This document shows, piece by piece, positions 1 to 11,162 of a DNA stretch of 64,000 nucleotides. How positions within the stretch are numbered: the stretch's first letter is position 1; every line of letters starts with the position of its first letter. This stretch comes from an uncultured Methanosarcinaceae archaeon (lineage in GTDB: Archaea; Halobacteriota; Methanosarcinia; Methanosarcinales; Methanosarcinaceae), in NCBI GenBank assembly GCA_963847185.1, contig CAWJYV010000007.1:384001-448000 (forward strand). The letters are read 5' to 3'. A program made the translations under genes and the position numbers. The notes under the pieces are model-generated. The model worked only from the letters and a program-made list of their open reading frames with translations, had not been told where the DNA came from and did no database searches.

Positions 1-1
1 A

Positions 2-532
2 GAACTGGGCCTGAAGGGAGCTGAAGTTACAATCTCAATTCCTGAAGGAGAAAGGATCGGAAGAGAGACTCTGAACAGCAGGATAGGAGTCGAAGGCGGA
101 ATTTCCGTACTTGGAAGTACAGGCTTTGTTGAACCCTGGAACGATCACCTGGGGGAAACTAGAGGAGACCTCATTCGCTGCACTGACAGAGTGGTTCTGA
201 CTACAGGCAGGATAGGGATGCGTTACTCTCATATGCTTTTTCCGGACTATACCGTGGTCATGGTTGGGAGCAGGATCTCAGAGGGGCTTGAATCCGCATC
301 AGGAGATATCATTATCTGTGGGCTGCCTGGTCTTGTCCTGAAATGGGGTAATCCCGACATGCTTGAAGACAGCGGATACGCAACTGTTGTCGAAATGCTT
401 GAGATAGCTCCTGAACACGAACGCTTGAAGGAAGCCTTTGAAATGGCAGTCGAGAAAGGAAAAGGCGCAAGGATTGTGGTAATTGACAGGGACGGATCTA
501 TCCTCATGGACAGCAAACCTGAGAGAGTTTAA
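2..532 (+). CDS. cbiD: Cobalt-precorrin-5B C1-methyltransferase, 3' part (gene begins before window)
   Basis: Frame from base 2 reads ...[38 protein letters not shown]..., the CbiD signature; followed by cbiE. Confidence 0.9.
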   Translation, partial: ELGLKGAEVTISIPEGERIGRETLNSRIGVEGGISVLGSTGFVEPWNDHLGETRGDLIRCTDRVVLTTGRIGMRYSHMLFPDYTVVMVGSRISEGLESASGDIIICGLPGLVLKWGNPDMLEDSGYATVVEMLEIAPEHERLKEAFEMAVEKGKGARIVVIDRDGSILMDSKPERV

Positions 533-600
533 ATTGAAAATAAGTTGAAAAAGCTAAAATGAAAAAATACTGAATATCCTAAATTAAAGATAAGTGAATC

Positions 601-720
601 TAACTTACGCTAAGTAATATACGCCAATTACTTATATTACGCCAATTACTTATGCTGAGTAATATTACGCCAATTACTTATGCTGAGTAATATTACACCA
701 AATAACTTACTCTAAGTAAT
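601..720. repeat. Degenerate ~28-bp tandem repeat (TTACTTATGCTGAGTAATATTACGCCAA-like, ~4.5 units)
   Basis: Units visible head-to-tail with internal TTACTTA/TAAGTAA dyad; no spacers. Confidence 0.85.
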
Positions 721-784
721 TTAATTGAAGGAAGTAACAGCAGAAATTAGATTAAAAAAGCTTAATCAATTACGAGGAAAAATA

Positions 785-1372
785 ATGATCGTGGTAGGAG
801 TTGGAGTCGGGCCTGGCATGCTGACTGAAGAAGGAATAAAGGCGATAAAGAAAGCTTCAGTGGTTTACGGTGCAAAGAGAGCTATTGAACTCGCAGAGGA
901 ATACATTACCTGCGAAGCAAAGACAATTAAGGATTATAAGTCATTCCATCTCTTACCCGCAGATGCCGTTGTTTTGTCTACAGGAGACCCCATGTTTTCA
1001 GGGCTTGGGAAATTTGCAGGAGAAAAAGATACCGTAATTCCTGGAATTTCTTCAATGCAGGTTGCCTGTGCCCGTACGAAAGTGAACCTGACCAACCTCT
1101 GTGCGATCACAGCTCACGGCAGGGCCTTTGAGCCTGCAAAAGCTGAGCTGATCCGGGAATTAAGAAACGGAAGAAATATTTTCCTGCTCCCTGAAGAGAC
1201 ATTCGGCTCCCGCGAAGTTGCAGGAATCCTTAAAGAATTGGGGATAGAAGCCGAACTTTATACCTGCGAAAACCTTGGCTATCCTGAAGAAAGGATTGCA
1301 AAAGGCACCTCTGAAAACCCGCCTCTTCCGAAAACGATTCTTTATGGGTTGCTTGTCGTGCAAAAAAAGTAA
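785..1372 (+). CDS. cbiE: Cobalt-precorrin-7 C5-methyltransferase
   Basis: MIVVGVGVGPG, STGDPMFSG, IPGISSMQ and ENLGYPEERI tetrapyrrole methylase motifs; ATG at 785 preferred to upstream TTG. Confidence 0.88.
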   Translation: MIVVGVGVGPGMLTEEGIKAIKKASVVYGAKRAIELAEEYITCEAKTIKDYKSFHLLPADAVVLSTGDPMFSGLGKFAGEKDTVIPGISSMQVACARTKVNLTNLCAITAHGRAFEPAKAELIRELRNGRNIFLLPEETFGSREVAGILKELGIEAELYTCENLGYPEERIAKGTSENPPLPKTILYGLLVVQKK

Positions 1373-1662
1373 GTTAGTCAATTGAATTGGCAAAAAAGAA
1401 CTTTAGAATCTCTCCCGGGTCTTTTAGGGCCTATAAATCCTGCATTTATCCTGTAGATTTTAGATCTCCTGAGCCCTTTATATTCCCTGTATCTTGTGGA
1501 TCTTGTAGGTCCTGTGCGCCCGGTAGATCTTATAGATCTCCTGGGTCCGGTGCATCCTTTATTTCCTCTGCATCTTCTATATCCTGTGGAACATACGGGA
1601 CCCGTGCATCTGCTTCAAGCTAGGTTAAAGAAGGCCAGAGATCAGTGAATTCTGCCTTTTAC

Positions 1663-2427
1663 TCAGCCCGCGAAAATGCGCATGATTATATAAAAGACCA
1701 GATCTCCGAAAATAACTGCAGTTACAAAGCCTCCTGTGATTGAGATCATGAAGGGCAGGCCAGGGGTGACCCAGATATCTTTCCCAATCAGCCCTTTTTT
1801 CATGTATTCCTCAAGTTCGGGTCTCTGATTTGCATCGAAGTTTAGCCCTGCCCGCACATATCTTCTTTTGAGGCTTCCGCTTTCATCAAGCTCAAATTTC
1901 TCAAGCAAACCCAGATGCTGCTTATATTTTAAAGAAGAAACTTCTGTCCTGTATCCGATAAACATATAGAGCGGCTTTTTCAGCATCTCAGGAGAGAAGT
2001 GCAGAAGGTTGTAGCAGAACATCCCCAGAGGAACAAGCGTTGTCATAAGAAGCGCATTTGCAAGTACTGTAAACGTAAAAAGCCCTATTGCAGGGACGCC
2101 CAGTATCGGATAGTCTGTTCCCGAAAAACTGAAAAACGGATATAATGGGAAAAGGATAGAAAGCACTATCAGTCCCTTTGCATCCCCGCCTCCGAAGGCC
2201 CCAAGCTGGAAGAGTATGTAAATCGAAACAAAAACGATAACTGAAGAAAGAATAAGAGCTTTTAGATAAGAAACTCCACCCGTAAAAGTTTCATAAAAAA
2301 CAAACACAGAACCCAATGCAAGCATGTATTTCCAGACCTTATTCGAAACCCTTCGGGATTTCAGGTCCGTATAACAGGAGTAAAGCAGAAAGGGCATACT
2401 GAAGAGTATTTTTAGGATTTCTATCAT
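1663..2427 (-). CDS. Archaeal A24 prepilin/prearchaellin peptidase (FlaK/PibD-like)
   Basis: YTDLKSRRV and FGGGDAK catalytic Asp motifs, multiple TM segments, C-terminal WVTPGLPFM. Confidence 0.88.
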   Translation of the reverse strand: MIEILKILFSMPFLLYSCYTDLKSRRVSNKVWKYMLALGSVFVFYETFTGGVSYLKALILSSVIVFVSIYILFQLGAFGGGDAKGLIVLSILFPLYPFFSFSGTDYPILGVPAIGLFTFTVLANALLMTTLVPLGMFCYNLLHFSPEMLKKPLYMFIGYRTEVSSLKYKQHLGLLEKFELDESGSLKRRYVRAGLNFDANQRPELEEYMKKGLIGKDIWVTPGLPFMISITGGFVTAVIFGDLVFYIIMRIFAG

Positions 2428-2723
2428 TTTGACCCTGCACTTAAATTCTTTTTATAGTGATTTACATTTATTACTTATTTACTTTATTGGTATTGTGAAT
2501 ATTTCTCTGGTAAACCTGTAAATCCATTAAAAAGGAAAAATCCCGCATATGAAAAGAACAGAATCAAAATGAAACAAATCAAAGTATGGGATAAAAATAT
2601 TAAAATATTAACCATATAGCAAGTCCAGAAAGCCTCTTTCCCCAATCAGCAAGCGATAAGCTTATACACAAGAAGCTATATTTTATGCTTGCTTAATCCT
2701 TATTAATTTTCAAATGCAAGCCT

Positions 2724-2797
2724 GGGCTCGTGGTCTAGACGGTTATGACGTCGCCTTCACACGGCGGAGGTCCTGAGTTCGAATCTCAGCGGGCCCA
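2724..2797 (+). tRNA. tRNA-Val(CAC)
   Basis: GGGCTCG/CGGGCCC acceptor stem, anticodon arm TCGCC-TTCACAC-GGCGG, T arm CTGAG-TTCGAAT-CTCAG. Confidence 0.96.
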
Positions 2798-2950
2798 CTG
2801 TCTTTATTATCTTTGTTTTCTGATTCTAAGTGCTTGTTGAGCTTATTTTCTAATGCTTCAAGTCTTAATTCTAAGTCGGATTTTGTTTCTGGTTATTTAA
2901 TTCTTATTCCACCATTAAACTCTTAGTGGTGTATTTAGAGGATGGTAATT

Positions 2951-3457
2951 GTGGATACATCAGAGAAATACATTAAAATGTGCGGATCTGCGAAGGGTAT
3001 TCAACACCAGTGAAATCAAAATTGAGGATTACATTTTTGACCCGGCTGATGAAGAAGCTAGTGTCATGGCAATTTAATTATTTAACATAATCTTTGGTAG
3101 TTTCCCCTTAGTATACAAGGATTTAGAGCTTGTTAGGTGATCAATAACTAAACTTCCTTGACACTAGAGTATTGTTTGAATATCCATCAAAAGAATACGA
3201 TGAGATTGTTTGCCAATACAGACCCAACTACAAGAGATGTGTATAGAATTCTTTATGCGGATTATGGAATTCTCATGACATGAAGCTTTTTTTACTTTTT
3301 AGGATGGTATGCAACTTGCCTGAAAGAAACTTATGATAATAGAAGAAACACTGGTGAGAATAGTGAATGTGAATAGATAGAATTATGTGAAGATTTGATG
3401 TTAAGATAACTATGATGATGTTACAGTGGCAAAAGTGGAATGGAAAAATCGGGTAAA
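2951..3457 (+). pseudogene. Decayed hypothetical gene (MDTSEKYIKMC...LPxQxQLQEM...KWNG type)
   Basis: GTG-started MDTSEKYIKMCGSAKGIQ then pieces EYPSKEYDEIV, TQLQEMCIEFFM, MMLQWQKWNGK in shifting frames with stops. Confidence 0.5.
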
Positions 3458-3635
3458 GAAATTCTCGAAAAATTTTTTAAAAATATAGGTACATTTGAGA
3501 TGATCTCAGTGAATTAAAAATAATTTGAGCTATACAGAAAACTCAATAACACGTATGAATTTACGGTAGATCACATATTTTCAGATAGCTCTATCATAGC
3601 TTTTCCAGCTAAAGCAACCTTCATATTCATTATTA

Positions 3636-4739
3636 TTAAAATGTAAAATATTTCCAATCTGATACAGCCAGTATTTGGTCTTTATACTTGATTACCACTT
3701 TGAATTTTATATTAGCAGTTCCTGAACTAAGGTGTAACTCTTTGTTTGGAATAAATAAATTATAGTCGTTAAATGAATTTTTCATAGCTATTGCAGTGAA
3801 ACTCCTGTCTACTTCAACTTTACCATCAACACCATATTCTCCATTGGAATCTATTAATTGTTCACCATTCAAAGCATTATAAAAATGTGCAGATACCGTA
3901 AATTCTTTACCTTTAAGATTGTATACAGTATATACCACATGTATTGTCACTCCATTTTTGGTTTCAGTATCAGTTTCGAACCAAACGTTTTTTATTTCTG
4001 CTGACGGCGTTCCTTCAGGGGTAGTAGTTACTTCAGGGGTAGTAGTTACTTCAGGGGTAGTAGTTACTTCAGGAGTAGCAGTTACTTCAGGGGTAGTAGT
4101 TTCTTCAGGGGTAGTAGTTTCTTCAGGGGTAGTAGTTACTTCAGGGGTAGTAGTTATTTCAGTAGTAGGTTTAGATGTTAGAGTAGGTGATAATGGAAAT
4201 GTTTCATCTGAATTAAGATCTATAGACTGCGACCAGTCTTCGTATCCTTCAAGTTTTAGGGTAACTATATGAGGACCTTTCTCAACATCTTTCAAAATCT
4301 TTGGTGTTTCACCTTCGTACGTACCATCATCAAGATAGATACTGGCACCAACAGGAGAAGAAGTAACTGAGATGGAACCAGTTGAAGATGTTTTATTTGG
4401 GGTCAAGGTTGCTAATATTGGAGTCTGCTTATCAGCATCTACACTTACAGTCTGAGAATATTCTTCATATCCTGTAAGCTTTAGTGAAATTATATGAGAA
4501 CCTTGCTCAACGTCTTTTAAAATAGTTGGTGTTTCACCTTTGTAGGTATTATCCAGATAAATACTAGCACCACTTGGAGAAGAAGCAAATGAGATGGAAT
4601 TAGTATTAGATGATGTTTGTATCAATGTTGGATTACCTGAATGATATAGACCATAAATTGCTCCACTTAAAGTAACAACTGCGACAAAAACACCAAGTAA
4701 TTTTTCCAATATTTCTAACTTTCGTGCATCCATATTCAA
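3636..4739 (-). CDS. PEGA-domain membrane/surface protein with Thr/Pro/Glu linker
   Basis: N-terminal TM, two SSPxGASIYLD...GETP PEGA repeats, TTPEVT repeats. Confidence 0.85.
   Translation of the reverse strand: MNMDARKLEILEKLLGVFVAVVTLSGAIYGLYHSGNPTLIQTSSNTNSISFASSPSGASIYLDNTYKGETPTILKDVEQGSHIISLKLTGYEEYSQTVSVDADKQTPILATLTPNKTSSTGSISVTSSPVGASIYLDDGTYEGETPKILKDVEKGPHIVTLKLEGYEDWSQSIDLNSDETFPLSPTLTSKPTTEITTTPEVTTTPEETTTPEETTTPEVTATPEVTTTPEVTTTPEVTTTPEGTPSAEIKNVWFETDTETKNGVTIHVVYTVYNLKGKEFTVSAHFYNALNGEQLIDSNGEYGVDGKVEVDRSFTAIAMKNSFNDYNLFIPNKELHLSSGTANIKFKVVIKYKDQILAVSDWKYFTF
4014..4160. repeat. 18-bp coding tandem repeat (TTCAGGGGTAGTAGTTAC, ~8 units)
   Basis: Directly visible; encodes TTPE(V/E)T on minus strand. 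Confidence 0.95.
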
Positions 4740-5418
4740 AACTCCAATTTCGAAACCGCTTCTTACTAATTCCTAACAATTTAGCACTCCTGCCAAGTAA
4801 ACAATTAATTGACATCTATGACTTTTTTTATTCACTTGGATTGGTTTATTGGGTTAACTATAATTAATTTAAACATTTTGGAACTATCAAAGCTTTATAT
4901 TTTAATTATATATGAATAAATGTGCATAAAAAAAAGATTTAATTTTTATAAAGGTTTCTATTTAAATCGATATTTCTTCATTAATATAAATATTAATATA
5001 CAATATGCAGTAGATAAATATGTAATTTTTTAACTCATTTTGATTATATAGACAAATTAAAGTGTTCTGCATTTTTCTTCTAGTATATGCATAGACAAGT
5101 TCAAATAACCAGAAACTTAAATAGGGCCTTTTTCCTTCTATCTTTTTCAATTTAATCCTTGAATTTCAATATAATTTTAGTCCAGCTCATCTCAAAACCA
5201 ACTTTACTTCCACATCAATGAGAGTTTTTATAACTGTTTTCACGATCAAATGTTTATTGATTATTCCCAAATATGAGATATAGAGAAGGGTCTTGAGTTT
5301 TGGGATGAGCTTAGTAACTAATTTTGAAACTTGTCTTTTAGCTTTGATAATAAAACAAGGCAGCAAACATAAGAAATATTAGAGAGTATATTACTAGGAA
5401 AAAGGTTGGGTGGTAAGT

Positions 5419-7722
5419 ATGAAAATTAAAAATATCTTTACTGCTTTGATTTTACTAATATGTTTTTTTTCAACAAATTGTTTTGGTGCAGTTATCAATG
5501 TCGGGCCAGGCACTTCCTTTAATCCTGAAGGATCAGACGACCAGACTGTTATTAACGCTGCCATACAATCAGCGAAATCCGGTGACACCGTACAGCTTGC
5601 ATCAACCACGTTTCACATAAGTTCGCCCATAATCATGAAATCAGGGGTAACTCTTAACGGAAACGGGATTGGTGCAACAATAATCTATTGTGATAATCCC
5701 AGCTCTAATTTTGCAACTCAAAATATTATTAACTGTGAAAATATTTCTGATATTGAAATTTCGAATTTCTTAATTGATGGCGGTTGGGAATCTTTAAGCA
5801 TAATGCATGCGGAAAAAAACAAGTACAGGGAATATGAAAAAGGAGTTTATTTACGCAACTGTTCAAATGCAGTTATTCACGACTTAAAAATGCAATACAG
5901 TATGGGTGACTTTATTTTCTGTTCTAAAAATACCAGCAATGTTAAGGTTTATAATACCGTTTGTAAACCCGGGCATGACAGCTTTGATGCATGGTCAGCC
6001 GGGGATGGAATCTCAATATACAATAATTGCTGGGGCACTTTTATAAATTCTTGTATTAAAGTTCATAATACAAAAAACGTTCAAATCTGCAGGAATACTT
6101 TCTATTCTGATGCTGGTTCTGGTAATGCCGGTGTAGAAGTAATGGGAGGTAATGTAACAGGCCTTAATATTTATAATAATACATTTTCAACACTTCAATT
6201 AAATACAATTTATCAAGACCCAGCTAATGGCGCTTGTTCAGGCAGAGGTACCGTTTCAAATAATGTATTCTATAACAGTCCTGAATATAATGGAATTAAT
6301 GGTATGGACATTAAAACAACTGGCAATACTGTAACTAGTTCTTATTCAAGCTCTAGGGGTACAAAAGATTGCGGGTATGTTGCAGATAATGGGACAAGAA
6401 ATTTGCCTGTTTACAATGGTTCTGCAGCACCTTCTGTTACTCTTCCGGCAAAGGGCAGTACAATTTCAAGTGTTAACGGCTATGTAAGTGTAAGCTGGAC
6501 TTATTTAAACGCAAGCAGTTATTCTATCAATGTATATAATAGCACATCAAAATTCGATTCTTCTCACTTAATATATAATCTTAAGACTTCACAAACATCT
6601 GCAAATGTACCAATTAGCTATAATGGACCGTTTGCCATAAAAATCGGTGCACATGATGATGTTCATAATTCATGGGTATACAGCAGTCCTGCAAGTTTGT
6701 TCACGGTAAGTGGTAAAACATCGGCTACAGTTCATTCTGGTATATATGGATACTTAACAGATGCAACTACAGGCCAAGCAATTCAGAGTGCCGTAGTTAA
6801 GTTATCAAATAATACATGGAGTGAAACTCAAATTACTGATATTGATGGGCTTTACCAGTTCACTGTGAGCAGTGGAAAAGGCACCTATTGTTTAACTGCT
6901 TCAGCAACAGGCTATCTTAACAGCCCTGAATTACAAGTAAATATGACAGGTATAAACACAGAAGTAAATTTGAAAATGGCTCAGGCACCTGATTATTGTG
7001 TGCCACATTATGTACATTTATATGTTTTAACTGATTCAAATGAAAAGATTCCTGGGTGTGAAGTTCAAATTTATACACCAGATAATGATCCAGGTAATGA
7101 AAAACCGAATTTTTGTGCCTGGGCAAATAAAGACAGTAGAGTAAGTTTCCATTTGACTCAAGGTGTCACATGTAAAATTGTACTAATTACTCCAGATGGA
7201 CAGAAGTACACTAAAACAATGACACCGAATCTGGATCAATATACCATTGCATTATCTGAAGATGACATCTCTACAATACCTGCAGGTGACACTTCTGCAA
7301 TACCGGCAATGAAGACTGTGATTAGTACAAATTGCACATATAAGCAGATAAACAATACAGCAGCTTACATTAATGCAAGCTATTATGATTCTTCATCAAA
7401 GTCCAGCAACCTAACTTTCGTACTGGGTACTATGAGTGATGGAAAAACGTTTGTACCTTCTGGAATTTCAGGCACTAATGATAAAGTGAATAAACCTGTA
7501 GGAGTGGTGACTGACTCTTTTATAGTCACTGACTATCCCGGAAAAATGTACATTGTGAGAATTAGTGCCCAGTCTCAAACTTACGGTACTGTATGTGAAA
7601 ATGTTAATGTATCATTCCCAAGTAGTAATGTCCCGAAAGTAGGGTCTAATATGAGTTATTTCTGTGTTTTGATCTTAATTATTGCAGGACTCATATTATC
7701 AAAAACTCGTAAGGTGCATTGA
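5419..7722 (+). CDS. Large secreted/surface protein: right-handed beta-helix, Ig/carboxypeptidase-regulatory-like domains, C-terminal TM
   Basis: Signal peptide, DDQTVINAAI start, Asn-rich parallel beta-helix repeats, GYLTDATTGQAIQSAVV...TDIDGLYQF, hydrophobic tail. Confidence 0.75.
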   Translation: MKIKNIFTALILLICFFSTNCFGAVINVGPGTSFNPEGSDDQTVINAAIQSAKSGDTVQLASTTFHISSPIIMKSGVTLNGNGIGATIIYCDNPSSNFATQNIINCENISDIEISNFLIDGGWESLSIMHAEKNKYREYEKGVYLRNCSNAVIHDLKMQYSMGDFIFCSKNTSNVKVYNTVCKPGHDSFDAWSAGDGISIYNNCWGTFINSCIKVHNTKNVQICRNTFYSDAGSGNAGVEVMGGNVTGLNIYNNTFSTLQLNTIYQDPANGACSGRGTVSNNVFYNSPEYNGINGMDIKTTGNTVTSSYSSSRGTKDCGYVADNGTRNLPVYNGSAAPSVTLPAKGSTISSVNGYVSVSWTYLNASSYSINVYNSTSKFDSSHLIYNLKTSQTSANVPISYNGPFAIKIGAHDDVHNSWVYSSPASLFTVSGKTSATVHSGIYGYLTDATTGQAIQSAVVKLSNNTWSETQITDIDGLYQFTVSSGKGTYCLTASATGYLNSPELQVNMTGINTEVNLKMAQAPDYCVPHYVHLYVLTDSNEKIPGCEVQIYTPDNDPGNEKPNFCAWANKDSRVSFHLTQGVTCKIVLITPDGQKYTKTMTPNLDQYTIALSEDDISTIPAGDTSAIPAMKTVISTNCTYKQINNTAAYINASYYDSSSKSSNLTFVLGTMSDGKTFVPSGISGTNDKVNKPVGVVTDSFIVTDYPGKMYIVRISAQSQTYGTVCENVNVSFPSSNVPKVGSNMSYFCVLILIIAGLILSKTRKVH

Positions 7723-8490
7723 TCATCTGCACCTTATTCTGATTATTTTCATTTTACGGAACAGTGTTCTGGTGATTTGATTCCTATTTAATGAGAAAGA
7801 AATGTCTATGGTATTTGGCTCGGCAATAACGATACATACGCTGTTTACTTCTGGTTGTATGACTTTAAGTTCACAGTTAACCTCTTCTTTAAGGGCTGTT
7901 TTTTGTCAAGATTTTTGTTGACAATTTTCTGGCTTGTTGTTTTAATGAAAAATAATACTTTAGCCTACAATACAGATACTCTTGTAAGTTTCTCCATCTG
8001 AAAGGTTGGATAGATATTACGCAGATTTGTTCTTCATTTCCTCTATGATTGTAGTGGTCTTGCTTACATTCTGAAAAGAATGGTACTTTTAATACGATAA
8101 ATCTGTGGAAAATTCCACTTCTCAGGGTAAATATGGATAAACTAAAACAATTAACTTAATCTTTTTATTTATATTGGTTTCTTATTTATATTTCTCTATC
8201 TATTATATTGGACGAATGTAATATTCAAGTGATACAATTTAAAACCACTTTCATTGGCATATATAATGATATGGAATCTACGATAATGTACCCTCTCCGA
8301 AATAAGTCTGGATAATATTTAGCACAATTATTGACAAATTTTATTTTCACAGTGATTTTGCTGAATAAGGGTAGATCAGAAAACTGACAGCTTTAAAATT
8401 GTATCAAATTAAACAATATGTTGGCGAGCAGGCCTACAGGAAATAATACAATATACAAAAACAGGATACTAAAATTGGGGGATAACTCAA

Positions 8491-8880
8491 ATGCAACAAG
8501 CAAGTTCATCGGAAATCCAGAACTCATTTCAGAAAGCTTCTCAAGCTTTCAAAGATATGAAATATCCTGTAACGAAGAATCAACTTCTCGATAAAGCTAG
8601 AAGTCTTAATGCCCGTAGCGAAGTAATACAAGCCATTGAGAACATTCCAGACAAAGAATACCACAGTACTGCCGATGTCCTCAAGGAATTTGAAGGTATT
8701 CAGAATGTAGTACAGGCTTTCCGCGAAGTGAAATTCCCTGCAAATAAGAAGCAGCTTTTAGAGGAAGCTAGAAAGCTTAATGCCCGCAGCGAAGTAATAA
8801 AAGCTCTTGAGGCTTGCCCAGACAGAGAATATACAAACTTTTCCGATATCGTCAAAGAATGCAGAAGCAAGTCGAAGTGA
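8491..8880 (+). CDS. Tandem DUF2795-domain protein
   Basis: Two YP/FP-x-KxxLLxxAR-LNARSEVI-ALE--PDxEY repeats; GGGGGA RBS. Confidence 0.8.
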   Translation: MQQASSSEIQNSFQKASQAFKDMKYPVTKNQLLDKARSLNARSEVIQAIENIPDKEYHSTADVLKEFEGIQNVVQAFREVKFPANKKQLLEEARKLNARSEVIKALEACPDREYTNFSDIVKECRSKSK

Positions 8881-9079
8881 TAAAGGAATAAATAAAGGAA
8901 TAAATACCTGAATCTGACAATGAAGATGTAGAAGAAACTACTCAAAATGAAGCTGCAGGTGTTGAACCGCAGACTGCAGATTAGGAAAATACAGACGCCA
9001 GCAAAAATACCCAGTATTTGAATTAATTTACAGGGTAGTAGGGTTGCTGGCATACTCCTATATAATAAAGATATATCCA

Positions 9080-9217
9080 GGCTTTGTAGAAGCCGCTAAG
9101 AATAGTCTCCATTAATTTTAACTGAACAGACTGACATGTAAATTAATGGACTGAGATATTTTTGAGGATTAATTTTCAGCCTTTCGTACCTGATTTATGT
9201 AGGTTTTCTACAGAACC
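9080..9217. mobile_element. MITE-like element with IS5-type ends
   Basis: Imperfect terminal inverted repeats GGCTTTGTAGAA / TTCTACAGAACC, no ORF. Confidence 0.55.
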
Positions 9218-9442
9218 GAATATTTTATTTCATCTATTTTTATTCAACTATCAACCATATTATTGTGCAGTATCATGTACGATTCAGCTCTAAAGCTAAC
9301 GATTTTGCAGCTATAATTAAATAGTCAACATCCATCTTAGACAGTCGGGGGCTTATAATTCTATTGATTTTTCGGTTTAACCGTTTAAATTCTATAAATT
9401 CTCAAAGTGTAAATAAAATTCCTCAATGAAGAGAGTATTGGT

Positions 9443-9830
9443 ATGTCAAAAATTCGATTTGGAATAATAGTTCTAATGATATTTCTTATCTTGACAATGA
9501 TTCCCGCAGCTTTATGTATTAAATGCAATTCCATACAAGTTCATAATAACTAAAGGTGATAATGGAAGCCTGATGGATATTAATAAGAGTCAATATTTTT
9601 TAATCCGTCTTGAGGAAAACACTGGTACTGGATACTCATGGACGCTTACAAGCACTTACGATAATGTTAATATCAAGGATCAAGGACATGTCTCTTCTTA
9701 TCACGAGTGGATGATTACACCAAGAGGTATACTCTTCGATCAGATAATCGGAAAATACAAGAAATCTGGGGAAACTAACTCGATAAAGACCTTTAAATTA
9801 GGTCTCAAGATCCTGAACTCTCCTGGTTAA
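9443..9830 (+). pseudogene. Secreted chagasin-like (I42) protease inhibitor, frameshifted
   Basis: Signal peptide MSKIRFGIIVLMIFLILTMIPAAL in one frame; ITKGDNG...LEENTGTGYSW chagasin motif in +1 frame; shift near 9540. Confidence 0.7.
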
Positions 9831-10172
9831 ATATTTTCAAACATGTATTTTTGTGGCAAAAGACGCTCACTTTTTAGACTTTACATAGAAAAGTTCTGGC
9901 ACTGAATAAAATGCAGGTCTACGAGGTCCACTGAGTAGCAGCAACGTTTTACCCTAAATGTTGCTCTCTGACACATATGCAAGCAGTCCATATTCAAATG
10001 TTGATCTGGAGAATAACAAATTAAACATTAAACTGCTTCCAGATAATATGGAAATTATGGAAATAAAAAAACGGAGTATAAATTTTGGTGAGGCTTTGGA
10101 TGCCACACTTCAAGAGCGTTATTTCATAAACTATTATTCGATTTGATGTCATATTATTCAGGATAATATGCG

Positions 10173-10361
10173 TTAAAATGTTTCCAGTTCGTTGTCTTCC
10201 TGTCCAAAGGGTTTATACGCCGCACATTCAGAAGTACAATCCCCCATATCCTGAAGCCTTAAAGTGCACCTATCAATCTGGATATGCTTAGGCACTATGT
10301 TACCGTTATCCACAGGTTCATACCAGTACTTATGGTAAATACAATCGTCTTTTATAGCCAT
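10173..10361 (-). CDS. Small Cys-containing hypothetical protein
   Basis: 62 aa, 4 Cys, GGAGGG RBS at normal spacing. Confidence 0.6.
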   Translation of the reverse strand: MAIKDDCIYHKYWYEPVDNGNIVPKHIQIDRCTLRLQDMGDCTSECAAYKPFGQEDNELETF

Positions 10362-10651
10362 AATATACCCTCCAATTAGTTTTATTCAGGGAAAATAGGA
10401 TTTTATGAAAATTCGTAGTGGACTCGATCACAATCTTGCCGAGAAATATTAAACCAATTATATCATAAATCGTCTTTTTCGATTTTATCCATATATTCCC
10501 ATTCCCATCTATCTTATTTATCTAAACACATATAAAAATTATCGTATGTAGTTACGTGGAAATGTTATTCCTTCATTTTCAGCTGGAGAACACAGGAGAG
10601 ACTCCTTATCTAAATCCCCCAGCGTTTATTCGATATTTATGGCTTTAAGGA

Positions 10652-10834
10652 TTATTGGGGCGTAGACTCATTTTTAACATTGGTCTGCTGATTCGCAGAT
10701 TGAGCAGGCACAGTCACAGATGCGGCTGAGGTTATACATCCACATTTTCTGCAATAGTAAAATTCATTTGTGCCTATTCGCTGTTTTTTAAGAAGTGTAC
10801 CACATAGGATACACTCCAAAGAGGATTCAGACAT
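10652..10834 (-). CDS. Zn-ribbon microprotein
   Basis: CILC...CRKC pairs; starts 7 nt after upstream microprotein stop. Confidence 0.7.
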   Translation of the reverse strand: MSESSLECILCGTLLKKQRIGTNEFYYCRKCGCITSAASVTVPAQSANQQTNVKNESTPQ

Positions 10835-10841
10835 ATTATCG

Positions 10842-10979
10842 TCACTCTAGGATCATCAATGGATCAAGCCTTGCAGTTTCTTTTCTGGTCCAGTATCCAC
10901 ATACAGGGCAGTACTGAAAATCTCTAAATATATTGTTTTTAAGTTCTGAGTTACAATTTGGACATTTTTTTAATAACAT
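10842..10979 (-). CDS. Zn-ribbon microprotein, 45 aa (absent from ORF track)
   Basis: MLLKKCPNCNSELKNNIFRDFQYCPVCGYWTRKETARLDPLMILE; AAGGAGAG RBS. Confidence 0.75.
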   Translation of the reverse strand: MLLKKCPNCNSELKNNIFRDFQYCPVCGYWTRKETARLDPLMILE

Positions 10980-11162
10980 CTGCTACTCTCCTTATTCAAA
11001 AAAGATATGTAATAATAGTTCCGATGTTCTTGCAAAATATATTGAATGAGGTGGTTCAGCCGTTATGAATTTTTCAATAGTCCATAGAAATCCTGTTCAT
11101 TGTTCGGCTGAGCCAGATGACGGGGTACAATTTGATATTTAGTAAGTACAACACAATTCAGA

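Noticed and set aside
601-720. Possible CRISPR array
   Set aside because: Units are contiguous with no unique spacers; no cas genes in window
3919-4272. Val/Ser/Gly-repeat ORF on + strand
   Set aside because: Antisense shadow of TTPEVT repeats
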